A stretch of DNA of 64,000 nucleotides from an uncultured Methanoregulaceae archaeon (GTDB lineage: Archaea; Halobacteriota; Methanomicrobia; Methanomicrobiales; Methanospirillaceae). The notes below the pieces were generated by a model. The model was not told the origin of the DNA, ran no database searches, and was given only the letters and a program-made list of their open reading frames with translations. The position numbers were made by a program, and so were the translations under genes. Position 1 is the first letter of the stretch; each line of letters opens with the position of its first letter. Location: NCBI GenBank assembly GCA_963717525.1, contig OY970343.1:1472001-1536000 (forward strand), written 5' to 3'. Shown piece by piece: positions 11,064 through 23,855 of the stretch.

Positions 11064-13740
11064 GATGTGTGGTTATGGTGCGTAGGGGTGATAAAGTCTG
11101 GGGCGGGGAGTGGCCCGCTCCGCTGGTCCGGCACAGGTACAAAGACCCTGTACATCCCTTTTGGCACATGCATCTCAAAGCGGGCGCCCTTTCCCGCCCT
11201 GCCGGTCTCACGGATCGTAATACCCGTAATGGAAAGGATCTCACGGACGAGAAACAGATTATGGCTGTGGCCGGAAAAATTCCCGGGTTCTTTGCCGAAT
11301 ATCCGTTCCTTGTCATCCTGCGCAATCCCGATTCCGTTATCCTCGATCACCACCACAAGGCCATCAGGAGTCTCGTATGCGCTGCGCCGGATCTCCGTAA
11401 GAGTCGTACCGTGGCGGAGCGCATTATCCACCAGCGTGTAAAAAACCCGATCAATGAGAGGAATCGGTAAAAATCTCCCACCCATCCGGCGCTGAAACGA
11501 CAACGAACCAGACAGGTACTTCCCGCTGCCTGGCAGACCTTGCAGAACAGGTCGTCAACATTGAACCATCCCGGGGACGACGTGCCGAGGTTCTGGTAGA
11601 CCCGGGTAAATTCCACCTGAGCGGAAATGGCAGAAACGGTCTCGTTGATCTTTTCCGTGTACATCGAGAAGTACGGTTCAGCCGGGCAGTTCCGGAAAAG
11701 GTCGAGATATCCCACAAGCACGGTCAGCTTGTTCCTGATATCGTGGCGGGTAAGATCCGCGAGCAGGTTAAGTTTGCGGTTGGCAAGCGCAAGAGCGTGC
11801 TCCACCTTTCTCTGCTCTGTCAGATCCCGTGCGACTGCATAGATCTGTTTCCTGCCTGACATGAATGCCCGCCATTCGAGCCATCGGCAGGATCCGTCCG
11901 GGTACGTAATCCGGTTGACAAAGGTAACCGCCTTTCCCCCCCATCCCATGTGCTGGAGTATAGTCCGGGTTGCTGCACGATCGTCGGGATGAACGATCTC
12001 AACAAGCGACCGGACATTCTCTTTTCGGGCCGGACAGCCAAGCAGGGCTTCACCGGCAGGGTTGAGCCGTAAGAACCTGCCACCGGCATCAAGGATACAG
12101 AGCAGGTCGGGACCGGTCGTGAAAAACCGGTCAGACTCGCCGGTTTTCTCCCTGAGTGTGTCCTGGATGGCCCGGAGATCCGAAATATCATGATATATCC
12201 CGATACGCAGCTGACGGTCGGCTACCTGAAGCAGCTTGGTGCTCGCGATCACCGGTATACGGTTCCCGTCCCGGTCAACGATCACCTCTTCAAAAACCCC
12301 TGAATCATTCTCGCACTGCTGCAGGATCTGGTCCAACTGATGCCCTTCTCCACCATCAGGGTGGAGCGCGGACTCCCGCATCGCGAGGATTTCAGGAAGA
12401 GTCCTTTTCACCAGGTGGAGAGCTTCTGGTTTGCATCAATGAGCATACCGTTCTGCGCATCGGCAACAAAGATTGCATCGCCGGTCTGCTCCAGGAGCGG
12501 ACTGCAACCGGGTACACGGCCAGAGTGGGCGGTCAACAGAGGGTCGTTGCGGGAGACATCGCGCGCGATACCGTAAAATCCGGAAAAAACCCCTTCCCGG
12601 GAAAGAACCGGCATCCCGGTCAGCTCAAGCGTTACTTCCCGGCCGTCCCGGTGCACTGCATGCAGCAGAAGAGACCGGAACGCCTCTTTTTTTTCTATAA
12701 CCATGGTAAGTTCTGGTGCGATCCGGGCCGTATCTCCCGGGGCCAGAAGATCGACAAATGTCTTTCCCCTCATTTCTGCAGGGCTGTAGCCAAGGATCTC
12801 CTGTACCTGCTCACTCGCGCTGGTGATGCGTCCGTCAGGATTACACTCCCAGATCCAGTCTTCGGTTTCCCCGGAAAGCATCTGGTACCGCTGCCCTATG
12901 TCCCGTATCGCATAATCGCTCTTTTTGAGCCTCTTCGAACTGCTGCTGCAGCCCGTCTTCATTCAGCATCAGCTGGTGGAACGCCTCCTTTAATTCCTGC
13001 TCAGAGCGCCGTCGTTCACTGATGTCCCGGACAAACGCAAATATCTGCGATTCGGATCCTTGTTCGTTGTAGTTGAGCACCAGTTCGACCGGGAGAAACG
13101 ATCCATCTTTTTTTATGAGGATCTCTTCTATGATGGCGTATTTCCGGGTAAGCAGTGTGCTCCAGCCTGAGGACAGGGAAAAATGGGACAACCCCGGCCT
13201 GATATCCGTGACAGAGAGACCGGAAAATTCCTGTGGCGTATAGCCAAGCATGGTGCAGATGGCATCGTTGTAATAGGTAATCTCGCCGTTTATCCGCATC
13301 CAGACGATGCCTTCAGACGCATGATCGACGGAAAACTTCATCAGCCGCAGTTCGGTTTCTGCTTTTCTCCGCCGCACAATTTGCCGGATCAGATGGGTAA
13401 GCTCCTTGAACTGGGATCGTGGATCGCCTCCTTTCTGGACATAGGAATCCGCACCGCTGTTGATAGCCTCGATAACGACCTCTTCACGACCTCTGCCGGT
13501 GAACAGGATAAACGGCATGTCAGGATGCTGCCTGCGTATCGTACGAAGGAACGTAATGCCATCAATATCAGGCATCTGGTAATCGGATATGATGGCATCA
13601 AACTTTCCGGTGGCAATAAGGGTGAGCGCTTCACTTACCGATGCTATTGTAGCGACGGAAATATCCCCCTCCTGCTCCAGAAAAAGCCGGCACACATCCA
13701 GCAGTGCCGGCTCGTCATCGACATAGAGCAGGGAGATCAT
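11060..13740 (-). CDS. Hybrid receiver / multi-PAS / histidine kinase (about 3 frameshifts)
   Basis: REC domain (YVDDE, SDYQMP), several PAS domains, H-box RHDIRNKL, HATPase DNGIGI and GARF across four ORFs. Confidence 0.88.
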
Positions 13741-13986
13741 TAACGATTGTTCTCACCTGATCCCATTTAAGTATATATCCTCCTGCACCCGGATTCTCGG
13801 GTTTTTTCGCAAATGTTCAAAGCATAAAACCCTGATTTATAAAAAGGGGGCGTATAGGCATCCCATGATGCCTGAACATGGTCAAATGACGAACATACCT
13901 GCATGGGTCAGGGATGAGGGAGCGGAAGTACGTGAACTCCAGGCCGGGCATCGCCCCTGCCGGGGAACCCGCATGGTTCGTGGGTC

Positions 13987-14800
13987 CTATTCTGTCGGCA
14001 CCCCGGCAGGAGTCGCATCCCAGAACCGGGCCAGGATCTGCCAGATCCTGCGGCGTAATTCAGTGACGTGCTCTTCCCTTACGGCGGAATGAGAGATCGG
14101 CGAATTTTCACGTTCATAAAGTGCCCGGTTCACTTCTATCTGGATCCAGGGGATGCCTTTACGCCAGTAGTGGGCGTTCGAGATAAATCCTCCGGAAAAC
14201 GGGGTGTTGATTGCCACTTCTCCAGTCCCGCAGAACTCTTCCCGGAATGATTCTGCAAGATGCACAATCCATTCCGGGGGACAGGTGGTCAGGCTCCCGG
14301 GCTTTGCCTGGCCATTCTCGTCACCGTAGTTTCCCAGGCAGATGAGCGGCCGGCATTTCCGGCATCACTCTGTTCTGCCGATCCATAAGGCAGCATCGAA
14401 TGGCAGTCGAACGCGATGCGTACGGGATAACGATCGATGAGCTCATCAATGCGCTGGTGATAAGGGAAATACCATCTCATCATCAGCCGGTGGATAAGGG
14501 GCAGGTCAGGCAGTTGCCCGGGCAGGTAGACCGGCCGGCCATCGACGGTCCTTGATCTTGATGATCCCGTCCGGGTCTTTGGGGGGGAGCGGGAGAGGCG
14601 GACGGTTAAGATCGATAACCATCCGGGAGATCCCGGTATCCAGCGTTGCTTCCACCGACCGGCCGAAATCAAAGAGCGTCCGGGTCGCGGGATCGCAGTA
14701 CCAGGATATCTCCTTTTCCGAAAGAGCGAACCGGCCAGGCAACCTCTGCCGGGATCTCAACGCCACCATGAGGGATCGATATGAGGAAGGGATATTTCAT
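13987..14800 (-). CDS. N-formylglutamate amidohydrolase family protein (several frameshifts)
   Basis: MKYPFLISIPHGG, SRMVIDLNR, YFPYH, DCHSM, PFSGGFI and IQIEVNR motifs in successive frames. Confidence 0.82.
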
Positions 14801-15233
14801 CGTTGATGCTTCTCAGGAGAACCTGAGCCGGGCTTTTTTGTTAATCTTTGGATAGGGATAACCCGGTGGGGGTCGGAAAATTGCCTTTGACCAAAAAAGT
14901 GCTTCAATGTACTTCCGGGATTTAAAAAGAGCTCTCTTTTGGTTCATATCTTTGATGCAGCTCCACTCTAAACACTATTTAAATAAGCGCTGATCCGGGC
15001 GTTGTACTTAAAACAGGGTAATATTTGCCCCAATCTCCAGTGGAAATAAAGGGGTATAAAAGGATGATCAATTTGCCGGATTGGCATAATATTCATTTTA
15101 CAAATATAAATTGAAAAAAGCAGCCCGCACGGGTGAAATAAAACCGGCATTGGTAAGTGCAGGGCACCGCAAGCGTTCCAACTCAGGCAATACACATATT
15201 GTGCCAAGAAGGCAGAATGTTTATAGCACAAAA

Positions 15234-15251
15234 TGTAAATTATATTTTACA
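15234..15251. promoter_or_regulatory. Palindrome TGTAAA-N6-TTTACA next to a TATA-like box upstream of the surface-protein gene
   Basis: tgtaaattatattttaca lies just downstream of tttatag (~15220). Confidence 0.4.
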
Positions 15252-15412
15252 AAAAGATGCGAGAAGCCACCATATCTCTTCCATGCGGTTGGTACCACTG
15301 CAACTCCGCGTTGGTAAGTTTACCTGGTAGGCGGCATCGCGAACAGGAATGATAGCATGTTGCACATGATAGGAGAGCACAGGATAGTTGATGAAAGTAT
15401 GAGTGATGCCCA

Positions 15413-17780
15413 ATGACCACCCGTCACATCCTCCTCATAGGATGCCTGATACTGGTTTTCATCGCCAGCACCGTGGTTGTCGCGGTTACACCTACGCCTA
15501 CTCCTACAACGGCTACACCTACACCTACTCCTACAACGGCTACACCTACACCTACTCCTACAACGGCTACACCTACGCCTACTCCTACAACGGCTACACC
15601 TACACCTACTCCTACAACGGCTACACCTACGCCTACTCCTACAACGGCTACACCTACACCTACTCCTACAACGGCTACACCTACGCCTACTCCTACGGCA
15701 ACACCGAATACGACTGTAACGGTAACACCGCTTGTTGCAACATTCACGGCATCGCCCATCTCGGGCACTGCACCCCTCACCGTGCAGTTTGAGGATACAT
15801 CCTCGGGATCCCCTACTACATGGGACTGGAATTTCGGAGACGGGGATTCGAGTACCAATGAAAACCCGTCATATGCGTACACGACCGCGGGAACCTACTC
15901 TGTATCCCTTACCATTGGAGATGGTGGTGTTCTTCCCAGCAGTACCAGCACTCAGACCACGACTATAACGGTGAATGCAGGAGCCACGGCAGTCCCTGTC
16001 GTGACGGGCGTCTCTCCGACATACGGCCCTGTTTCCACGAGCACTCCCGATAACTATCACCGGGACCGGCTTTGCCGGGGCAACGGCTGTAACTGTAGGC
16101 GGCACGGCAGCAACCAATGTCGTGGTTGTCAGCTCTACAGAAATCACCGCAACCACCCCGGCCAGTTCTACTGTTGGACAGGTGGATGTCCTCGTCACAA
16201 CACCGAGTGGCATATCCTCTTCAGTATCCGCTGACGAATACACCGTCCGCAGAGACAGCAACACCGCTTGTTGCAACATTCACGGCATCGCCCATCTCGG
16301 GCACTGCACCCCTCACCGTGCAGTTTGAGGATACATCCTCGGGATCCCCTACTACATGGGACTGGAATTTCGGAGACGGGGATTCGAGTACCAATGAAAA
16401 CCCGTCATATGCGTACACGACCGCGGGAACCTACTCTGTATCCCTTACCATTGGAGATGGTGGTGTTCTTCCCAGCAGTACCAGCACTCAGACCACGACT
16501 ATAACGGTAACACCGACCGCAACAGCAACACCGCTTGTTGCAACATTCACGGCATCGCCCATCTCGGGCACTGCACCCCTCACCGTGCAGTTTGAGGATA
16601 CATCCTCGGGATCCCCTACTACATGGGACTGGAATTTCGGAGACGGGGATTCGAGTACCAATGAAAATCCGTCATATGCGTACACGACCGCGGGAACCTA
16701 CTCTGTATCCCTTACCATTTGAGATGGTGGTGTTCTTCCCAGCGCTACCAGCACTCAGACCACGACTATAACGGTGAATGCAGGAGCCACGGCAGTCCCT
16801 GCCGTGACGGGCGTCTCTCCGACATACGGCCCTGTTTCCACGAGCACCCCATAACTATCACCGGGACAGGCTTTACCGGGGCGACTGCAGTAACTGTAGG
16901 CGGCACAGCAGCAACCAATGTCACGGTTGTCAGCTCTACAGAAATCACCGCAACCACCCCGGCCAGTTCTACTGTTGGACAGGTTGACGTCCTCGTCACG
17001 ACACCGAGTGGCATATCCTCTTCAGTATCCGCTGACGAATACACCTTCGCAGAGACAGCAACGACCGTCCCGTTGCCTCTCTTTATCGCCTCCCCGACAT
17101 CAGGAACTGCACCGTTGGATGTAACGTTCACGGATGAATCAACGGGCTCCCCGGCATCATGGAGCTGGGACTTCGGGGATGGCAATACCAGCACCCTGGA
17201 AAATCCGACGAATACCTACGCAAACGACGGGACGTACTCGGTGACCCTTACGGAAGAGAATTCGCTTGGCACAAACGCGACAACCATGACCGGATACATC
17301 GTAGTCGGATCTACGGCACCGGTTGCTTCATTCACGCGAATCGTCCCACTTCAGGCACCGCACCCCTCACCGTCCAGTTCACTGATCAATCCACCGGATC
17401 CCCCACCTCATGGGAATGGTCGTTTGGAGACGGGAGTACGAGCAGCCTGCAAAATCCGTCTGAAACGTACCAGAATGCAGGAACCTACACGGTCACCCTC
17501 ACCTCCTCAAACTCCGAAGGGAGCAGCACGAATACTGCTTCCCAGACCATATCGGTGGATCTCTGGAGCGGCCACAACCGTTCCCACTACGGTGTTCACG
17601 ACGGCCCCCACCTTTGCGGTCGGCGCTGAAGCCACAACCAGTTCCTCGGTTGATACCTGGCTTGCACAGCAGAACGCTGAAATCGCCACTCCCACAAAAA
17701 AGTCACCCGGATATGACGCCCTCGCTGCGCTCATCGGCTGTGGTGCTGTTGCCGGTATTGCCTTGCGCAGAAGGCATTAA
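15413..17780 (+). CDS. Cell-surface glycoprotein: signal peptide, PT repeats, PKD and IPT/TIG domains, PGF-CTERM-like anchor (frameshifted)
   Basis: W-x-W-x-FGDG PKD signatures (5 copies), 2 IPT/TIG repeats, C-terminus KSPGYDALAALIGCGAVAGIALRRRH. Confidence 0.88.
15488..15700 (+). repeat. 27-bp tandem repeat, about 8 copies, encoding TPTPTPTTA
   Basis: Unit acacctac(g/a)cctactcctacaacggct repeated. Confidence 0.95.
15724..17062 (+). repeat. Near-identical intragenic domain duplications (PKD x3 at ~15724, ~16260 and ~16527; IPT x2 at ~15972 and ~16775)
   Basis: Blocks of about 250-290 bp repeated almost base for base. Confidence 0.92.
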
Positions 17781-18065
17781 TCTCCCATCCTCTTTTCCCA
17801 AAGAACCGCAGGGAACATTTTCCACGCTCTATCCTTTGCGAAAATACGAGTGGTTTTACAGGGATCAGGGAGATTTCCCGATAGACCTGTCAAACGCTGC
17901 TCAAAGAATGAAGAGGAAAAAACCGTCCTGATACCCGGGGATCGCATCTTTTCACCGGTAAAGAAAATCTTCCGGGTCCTTTTTAAAAACCATCCGGGCC
18001 TGCAAGGCTCAACAAAGATATACGGTTGATTATTGAATATAATAAGTACGAGAAGGAGAGATCTG

Positions 18066-18740
18066 ATGAGTGACGACACCATGTATGATCAGCAGCCGCT
18101 GGGACCAGTTACTTTCGCAGAAAACCCCGAACCCCGGTGTCCCTGCCTCCTGCTGCTGGATACATCCGGTTCCATGGCGGGAAAGCCAATCGCAGAACTC
18201 AACGCCGGCCTGCGATCCTTTTACGAGGAACTCCAGAGTGATTCCCTCGCGGTAAAGAGAGTCGAGGTGGCACTGGTCTCCTTTGGGCCGGTCAGGGTCA
18301 TTTCAGAGTTCAACACCGCGGATTTCTTCCTTGATCCCACGCTCGAGGCAGAAGGTGACACTCCACTTGGGGAGGCAATCATCCAGGGAATCGATCTGGT
18401 GAGGAAACGCAAAGAGGAATACCGGGCAAACGGGATCTCCTTCTACCGGCCCTGGATCTTCCTGATCACCGACGGTTCCCCGACCGACGAGTGGCAGCGT
18501 GCCGCCGCGGCAGTCCGGGAGGGTGAAAGTTCGAAATCTTTTGCCTTCTTTGCGGTCGGCGTCCAGAACGCAGACATGTCGGTACTCCGGCAGATCACGG
18601 TCCGGCAGCCACTCAAGCTCCAGGGCCTCAAATTCCGGGAATTTTTCCAGTGGCTCTCCAATTCCATGAAATCAGCCTCCCGCAGCAATCCGGGAGACAG
18701 GATCCTGCTCACTCCACCTTCAGGGTGGAGCGAGATATGA
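18066..18740 (+). CDS. terY: TerY-type vWA domain protein (YegL-like)
   Basis: [24 protein letters not shown] motif, [19 protein letters not shown]. Confidence 0.92.
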   Translation: MSDDTMYDQQPLGPVTFAENPEPRCPCLLLLDTSGSMAGKPIAELNAGLRSFYEELQSDSLAVKRVEVALVSFGPVRVISEFNTADFFLDPTLEAEGDTPLGEAIIQGIDLVRKRKEEYRANGISFYRPWIFLITDGSPTDEWQRAAAAVREGESSKSFAFFAVGVQNADMSVLRQITVRQPLKLQGLKFREFFQWLSNSMKSASRSNPGDRILLTPPSGWSEI

Positions 18741-19507
18741 CCTGGAAACACCTTTCCTTGTCGGTCACGGGAAAATCGCACAGCGACCGGAACGAGCCGG
18801 GACAGGATTACTGCCGCACCGGGGCAATCAGGTTCTCGGACCGGGATTTTTTTATCGGTCTTGCCGCCGATGGTGCGGGAAGCACGACCCACGGAGGGAC
18901 AGGCGCGGAGATCGCCTGCGAAACAGTGTACCTCCGGATCCTTTCTGCGATCCGGAAGAGAGAGGATATTTCCTCCGTTACAAATGACGAGGTCAAAGCA
19001 TGGGTCTCCGCGTCCCGGGAGGCTATAGTCGCCCGGGCACAGGGAGACGGCCGGCGGGTAAAAGACTATGCCTGTACGCTGATCGGTGTTGTTGTCGCAG
19101 ACAATGATGCACTTTTTTTCCAGATCGGAGACGGGTGTATTGTCGTTGGCGACAAAGCCGGTTACCGCACAGTGTTCTGGCCGGACCAGGGCGAATATGC
19201 GAACATGACCTTCTTTGTTTCTGACGATGATTTTCTGGAGCATACCAGGATCGCACGCGAGGAAACCCCGCCCGATGAGATCGCGCTCTTCACCGACGGC
19301 CTCCAGAACCTGGTCCTCTCGTTTTCCACCCGTACCGTGCACGAGGGATTCTTCCGGCCCCTGTTTACCGCACTCAGGAAAAAACCGGAGAATGGAAGTG
19401 CGGATCTCACGACGCACCTGAACGCATTACTCTCCCGGGACGATGTGAATGCGCGAAGCGATGACGACAAGACCCTTATCCTCGCCGTGAACGTCCCCAC
19501 GAGCTGA
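18737..19507 (+). CDS. PP2C-like Ser/Thr phosphatase of the TerY-P triad (YegK-like)
   Basis: GKSH, QD, ADGAGS, QIGDG, GEYANMT, TDGL and DDKT motifs; ATGA overlap with terY. Confidence 0.9.
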   Translation: MTWKHLSLSVTGKSHSDRNEPGQDYCRTGAIRFSDRDFFIGLAADGAGSTTHGGTGAEIACETVYLRILSAIRKREDISSVTNDEVKAWVSASREAIVARAQGDGRRVKDYACTLIGVVVADNDALFFQIGDGCIVVGDKAGYRTVFWPDQGEYANMTFFVSDDDFLEHTRIAREETPPDEIALFTDGLQNLVLSFSTRTVHEGFFRPLFTALRKKPENGSADLTTHLNALLSRDDVNARSDDDKTLILAVNVPTS

Positions 19508-19513
19508 AAAACC

Positions 19514-21503
19514 ATGAGCCCGTCACCGTACTATAACCTCTTTGACAGCAGGGGCAACCCTGTCAGTCTCGGAAAAAAGGTGGGGAGCGGCGGCGAGGGG
19601 GATGTCTACGAGATCGCACCCCACCGCAGGGACGTGCTCGCCAAGATCTACCACAAGCCACTTACCGGGGAGCGGCAGGAAAAACTCCGGCTGATGGTCA
19701 GCGGCTGCAACGACGAGTTGAAGGAATTTGCCGCATGGCCCCTCGACCTGCTCCATGACAGTAAAAACGGCCCGGTCTGCGGGTTTGTCATGCCAAGGAT
19801 CACCGATTGCGAGCCGATCCACAAGGTGTATGGCCCCTCGCACCGGAAGGCGTCCTTCCCGAATGCAGACTGGAAGTTCCTGGTGAGAACTGCAAAAAAT
19901 CTCGCCGCTGCGTTCTACATCATCCACAAGTACGGGTACGTTGTCGGGGACGTCAACGAGGGAAATATCCTTGTCACGAAAAAAGCCTGCGTCCGGCTGA
20001 TCGACTGCGACTCGTTCCAGGTGCAGGCCCGTGAAAAGATCTATTTCTGCGAAGTGGGGGTCGCCCAGTTCACGCCGCCCGAGCTCCAGAAGTCAAAGGA
20101 TTTCAGGATGCTGCGCACGCAGAATCACGACAATTTCGGGCTTGCGATCCTGATCTTCCTGCTGCTCTTCATGGGCAGGCACCCGTTCTCGGGGGTCTAC
20201 AAGGGAAACGACGACATGCCTATCGAACGGGCGATTGCAGAGCACCGGTTTGCGTTTGGGAGAGGTGCAGCACTCAAGGCAATGGCGCCGCCGCCAAACT
20301 CGGTCGGGCTGTCGGTCGTCCCACGTGAGGTTTCCAGCCTTTTTGAACAGGCTTTCACCGAATCAGGGCATCAGTCATGGGGACGCCCAAGCGCAAACGA
20401 CTGGTGGAACGTACTCGATGCGCTGGAAAAACGGCTCAAGAAGTGCCCGACCGAATCCATGCACACCTTTTATACCGGCCTTGCCACCTGCCCGTGGTGC
20501 GGTCTGGAAAACAGTTCCGGGATCCTCTTATTCCTCAGTTCGGATACGATCTCGAGGATCGATGTGGCCTCGGAATGGCAGAAGGTCCTTGCGATAAAAC
20601 CGCCGGGGCCCATCCCTGAAATCAGCCCGCGGAAGTACCGGTGCCTGCCTGCACCATTCTCCCTGGATATCGCCCGGGCGGTCAGGCTTGGAAAGGTGCG
20701 GCAGGCTGTCCAGATCGTACTCCTTGTCGCCAGCGCCGCCATAATGCTTGTACTGTCAGCAGGATCGGGATTTCCTCATCCTATAGATGCGATTGGCCTG
20801 GTCCCGGCAGGCATCGCCGGGCTTCTTTTTGTGCTCCCGGGAAGGGACATGATGGAGAAGAAACGCCGGAAGAAGGAATTCGAGGATGCCCGGTATCAGC
20901 TGGCGGCTCTGGGAGAAAAAATGGAAAGCCGAGGCCGGGGACGCGGAATTCACCACCCAGCTGAATGCGCTCACGGGGTCCAAAAGGCGATACGAGGCGA
21001 TCGAGCAGGAATACAAGAACGCGCTCGCTGCCCTCCAGCACACTTCACGGGAGCGCCAGCAGAAGAAATTTCTGGAGACCCGCTTTATCGATACCTGCAC
21101 CTCACCCCGGCTCAGCGAGAACAGGAAGGCCGCGCTCCGGTCATTTGGCATAGAGACTGCGGCAGATATCGACCCGCACAAGATCTTGAGTATCCCGGGT
21201 TTCGATACCGCACTGACAAACGATCTGGTGAACTGGAGAAAACAGCAGGAGAGCAGGTTTGTCTTTGACGAGGAAAAACGCGTCTCTGCATCCGACATCC
21301 AGGGCCTGATCCACACGTTTCAGCCGAAGATCCGGCCGGTCGAGCGCGAGATTCTGTCCGGTGTCGAGAGACTATACTCAATCCAGCAGAAAATCCTCAA
21401 AAACCGGGCCAAGTTCCAGCCGATCGTTGAGAAAAGTGCACACGAACTTGCCCAGGCCCACGCGAATCTCTCGGTGGTTACGCTGGCCGGATACTTCTTC
21501 TAA
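19514..21503 (+). CDS. Ser/Thr kinase with TM segments and C-terminal helix-hairpin-helix region (YegI-like), frameshift near 20900
   Basis: GSGGEG, AKIYH, GDVNEGN, LIDCDS, PPELQ, GRHPF, CPWC; C-terminal FGIETAAD...IPGF. Confidence 0.9.
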
Positions 21504-21607
21504 AACTTTCCTGAGCGCCCGGTCGTGATAAAAATACCGCCGCAGCCGGCTCCCGGTCTTTTAGTCTGAGATACAGATAAGAAATCACTGGTACAATAAA
21601 ATCAATA

Positions 21608-21937
21608 ATGAAGTACACGCCACGACATGTGAAAAAATTCCTTGAAGAAGGAAAGATCGATCCGGAACTCTGGAAGATCCACTTCCCTCATCTTCTCCCG
21701 TCCCATGTCCCCGAATGCAACGAATGCGAGGATAAAAAGAATAATCTCTGCCAGGGCGGGAAAAACCCGGTAGACTGTTTCCTCGGCATCTATGCTGAAG
21801 AAGAGGCAACAAAATCTGCCGGTGCTGAACATAAGGGACGCAAAGAGAGATCCAGGGAATTTTTCCCCGGCGCCAAGGGGAAGAAGGCAAAGGTCCCGGC
21901 GGGGGCAAACATCACCTTCGACCAGTCAAAGATGTGA
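21608..21937 (+). CDS. Small Cys-containing hypothetical protein
   Basis: CxxC-x7-C-x8-C pattern; basic C-terminus. Confidence 0.6.
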   Translation: MKYTPRHVKKFLEEGKIDPELWKIHFPHLLPSHVPECNECEDKKNNLCQGGKNPVDCFLGIYAEEEATKSAGAEHKGRKERSREFFPGAKGKKAKVPAGANITFDQSKM

Positions 21938-22132
21938 AGGTCGATCCCTCCCGTAATTCCGGGATTGGTGCGGGCGCTCACGCATAAGGGAGCGGGTATC
22001 CTGGTACCTTGGATTATTACCTTTCCTTTTAGTGCTCCGATTCGGATTATGCGATAAAAAGTATCCGGTATTTGGGGATCGCCCACGGATCTCCCCCATA
22101 CTTCTTCGAACTTCCCGTCGATCCCGGCCTGT

Positions 22133-22912
22133 TTACTCATTAAATTTCTTATACAACCGGTTAGCCACGAACTGGAAGATCAGGATGAAGATGAGGAGCG
22201 CGACGATATCCCACACCGGTGAGTACAGCGACGTCCCGGTATAGGCATAGCTGATCATATCGTTTCCATACGTCAGCGGGGAAAAAAGTGCGATATCCTG
22301 ACCGATCTGCGGTATTTCCGATATCGGGATAAAGACACCGGAGATAAAGATGAGCGGCAGCCGGACGGTGTTGAGCATCGACATCACTTCCCCGACATTC
22401 TCGGTCGGGTACGCGGCAAAGAGGGTCCCGAGGGTGGCAAAGCAGAACGCCGTCAGCGCCATCGCAATCACGAGAACCGGTGCATTTTCGATCGGCGTGG
22501 CAAACAGGATGATCCCAGCTATGAGCGGGAAACATGCAATACCGAGACTATAGAGAAAACCGCTGAGACTCTCACCGAAAACCAGTGAATGAAGCGAAAT
22601 TGGTGCCGAGAGCAGCCGGTCGAACGTCTTTACCCGCCGCTCGATGGGGATCGAAACCGGCTCGATCGAAGAGGCCGAGAAGAGCAGGGTGATCGCAATA
22701 AGACCAGGGATCAGGGTGCCGGGCGGAGCGTTCTTTCCAATAGCAAACGCAAGAAACATGAAGAACGGGAAGAGGATCCCCATCACGATGATGTTGGGCT
22801 TGATGTAGTAGGTGATCATGTCCTTGCGCGAGATCGCCCATGCGGCGGAGAGCTCATGGCTGAGCCGCCCGGCCCATGCGCCGGCCCGTTCGTTTCTTTC
22901 AGTCGATGGCAT
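22133..22912 (-). CDS. ABC-2 exporter permease
   Basis: About six TM helices; FISGVFIP and SPLTY motifs. Confidence 0.9.
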   Translation of the reverse strand: MPSTERNERAGAWAGRLSHELSAAWAISRKDMITYYIKPNIIVMGILFPFFMFLAFAIGKNAPPGTLIPGLIAITLLFSASSIEPVSIPIERRVKTFDRLLSAPISLHSLVFGESLSGFLYSLGIACFPLIAGIILFATPIENAPVLVIAMALTAFCFATLGTLFAAYPTENVGEVMSMLNTVRLPLIFISGVFIPISEIPQIGQDIALFSPLTYGNDMISYAYTGTSLYSPVWDIVALLIFILIFQFVANRLYKKFNE

Positions 22913-23855
22913 GAATCGTCCCTCCCGTTCTCTGCAGGCCGGTCAGTTTGATGAAAACGTCCTCAAGGCTCGGGCCCAGGGTGGAGATACTGATCACCCT
23001 GATGTTCCGGGCCCGGGCATACTCCATCACCGACTCGATCACCGTTGCAGGATCCTCGGTATAGAGCCGGAACTTGTCCCCTTCCTTTACGGCATCGTTG
23101 ACCATAGAAAGGTGACGGACTTCATCGAACTGGTGCGCGGAGGCATGATCGAATGATACCGCGATCGACTGCACGCTCTGGATCGTTTTCTTGAGTCGTT
23201 CCGGTGCATCAATCGCCGCGATCGTGCCGCGGTTGACGATCGCCACCCGGTCGCACATCATGTTCGCCTCTTCGATGTTATGGGTGGTTAAAAATACGGT
23301 CACACCTTCATCAATAAGGCCCTTGATCACATCGCGGATGATGAGATTGCTCTGGACATCGAGGCCGGAGGTCGGTTCATCAAGGAAAATAAGCAGGGGG
23401 CTGTTGACAAGCCCCATGGCAAGGGTCAGCCGCCGTTTCATGCCCTTGGAAAAGCCATGCGCCTTATCATTGCGCCGCTCGAACAGGTCAAAAGTGGTGA
23501 GCAGTTCTGCCGCTTTCTTCTCCCGCAGATCCCTGTGCACATGGTAGAGCTCTGCGGAGAAAATCATGTTCTGCCATGCGGTCAGGTCGTCGTAGACGTT
23601 TGAGGTTTCGGAGACGATCCCCATCGACTGCCGCGCCGCAATCGTCTCGCGTCCGATATCATGGCCGAAGATAGAGGCTGTCCCGGAGGTCGGGTACAAG
23701 ATCCCGGTCAGGATCCGGATCGTAGTGGTCTTTCCCGCACCGTTGGGGCCTAAAAAGCCAAACGTCTCCCCAACGTCGACCGAGAAACTGATATCGTTGA
23801 GCGCGGTCAGGGCGCCGAATTTCTTGGTGAGGTGCGAAACCTCGATTGCGTGCAT
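22899..23855 (-). CDS. ABC exporter ATP-binding subunit (DrrA-like)
   Basis: GPNGAGKTT, FSKGM, LDEPT. Confidence 0.93.
   Translation of the reverse strand: MHAIEVSHLTKKFGALTALNDISFSVDVGETFGFLGPNGAGKTTTIRILTGILYPTSGTASIFGHDIGRETIAARQSMGIVSETSNVYDDLTAWQNMIFSAELYHVHRDLREKKAAELLTTFDLFERRNDKAHGFSKGMKRRLTLAMGLVNSPLLIFLDEPTSGLDVQSNLIIRDVIKGLIDEGVTVFLTTHNIEEANMMCDRVAIVNRGTIAAIDAPERLKKTIQSVQSIAVSFDHASAHQFDEVRHLSMVNDAVKEGDKFRLYTEDPATVIESVMEYARARNIRVISISTLGPSLEDVFIKLTGLQRTGGTIHAID

Noticed and set aside
14810..15400. ncRNA or origin in the long AT-rich intergenic region
   Set aside because: No tRNA fold, ORB-like repeat or adjacent cdc6 recognised; explained by divergent promoters
15488..15700. Possible CRISPR array
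   Set aside because: Contiguous 27-bp units with no unique spacers, in frame within a coding PT linker
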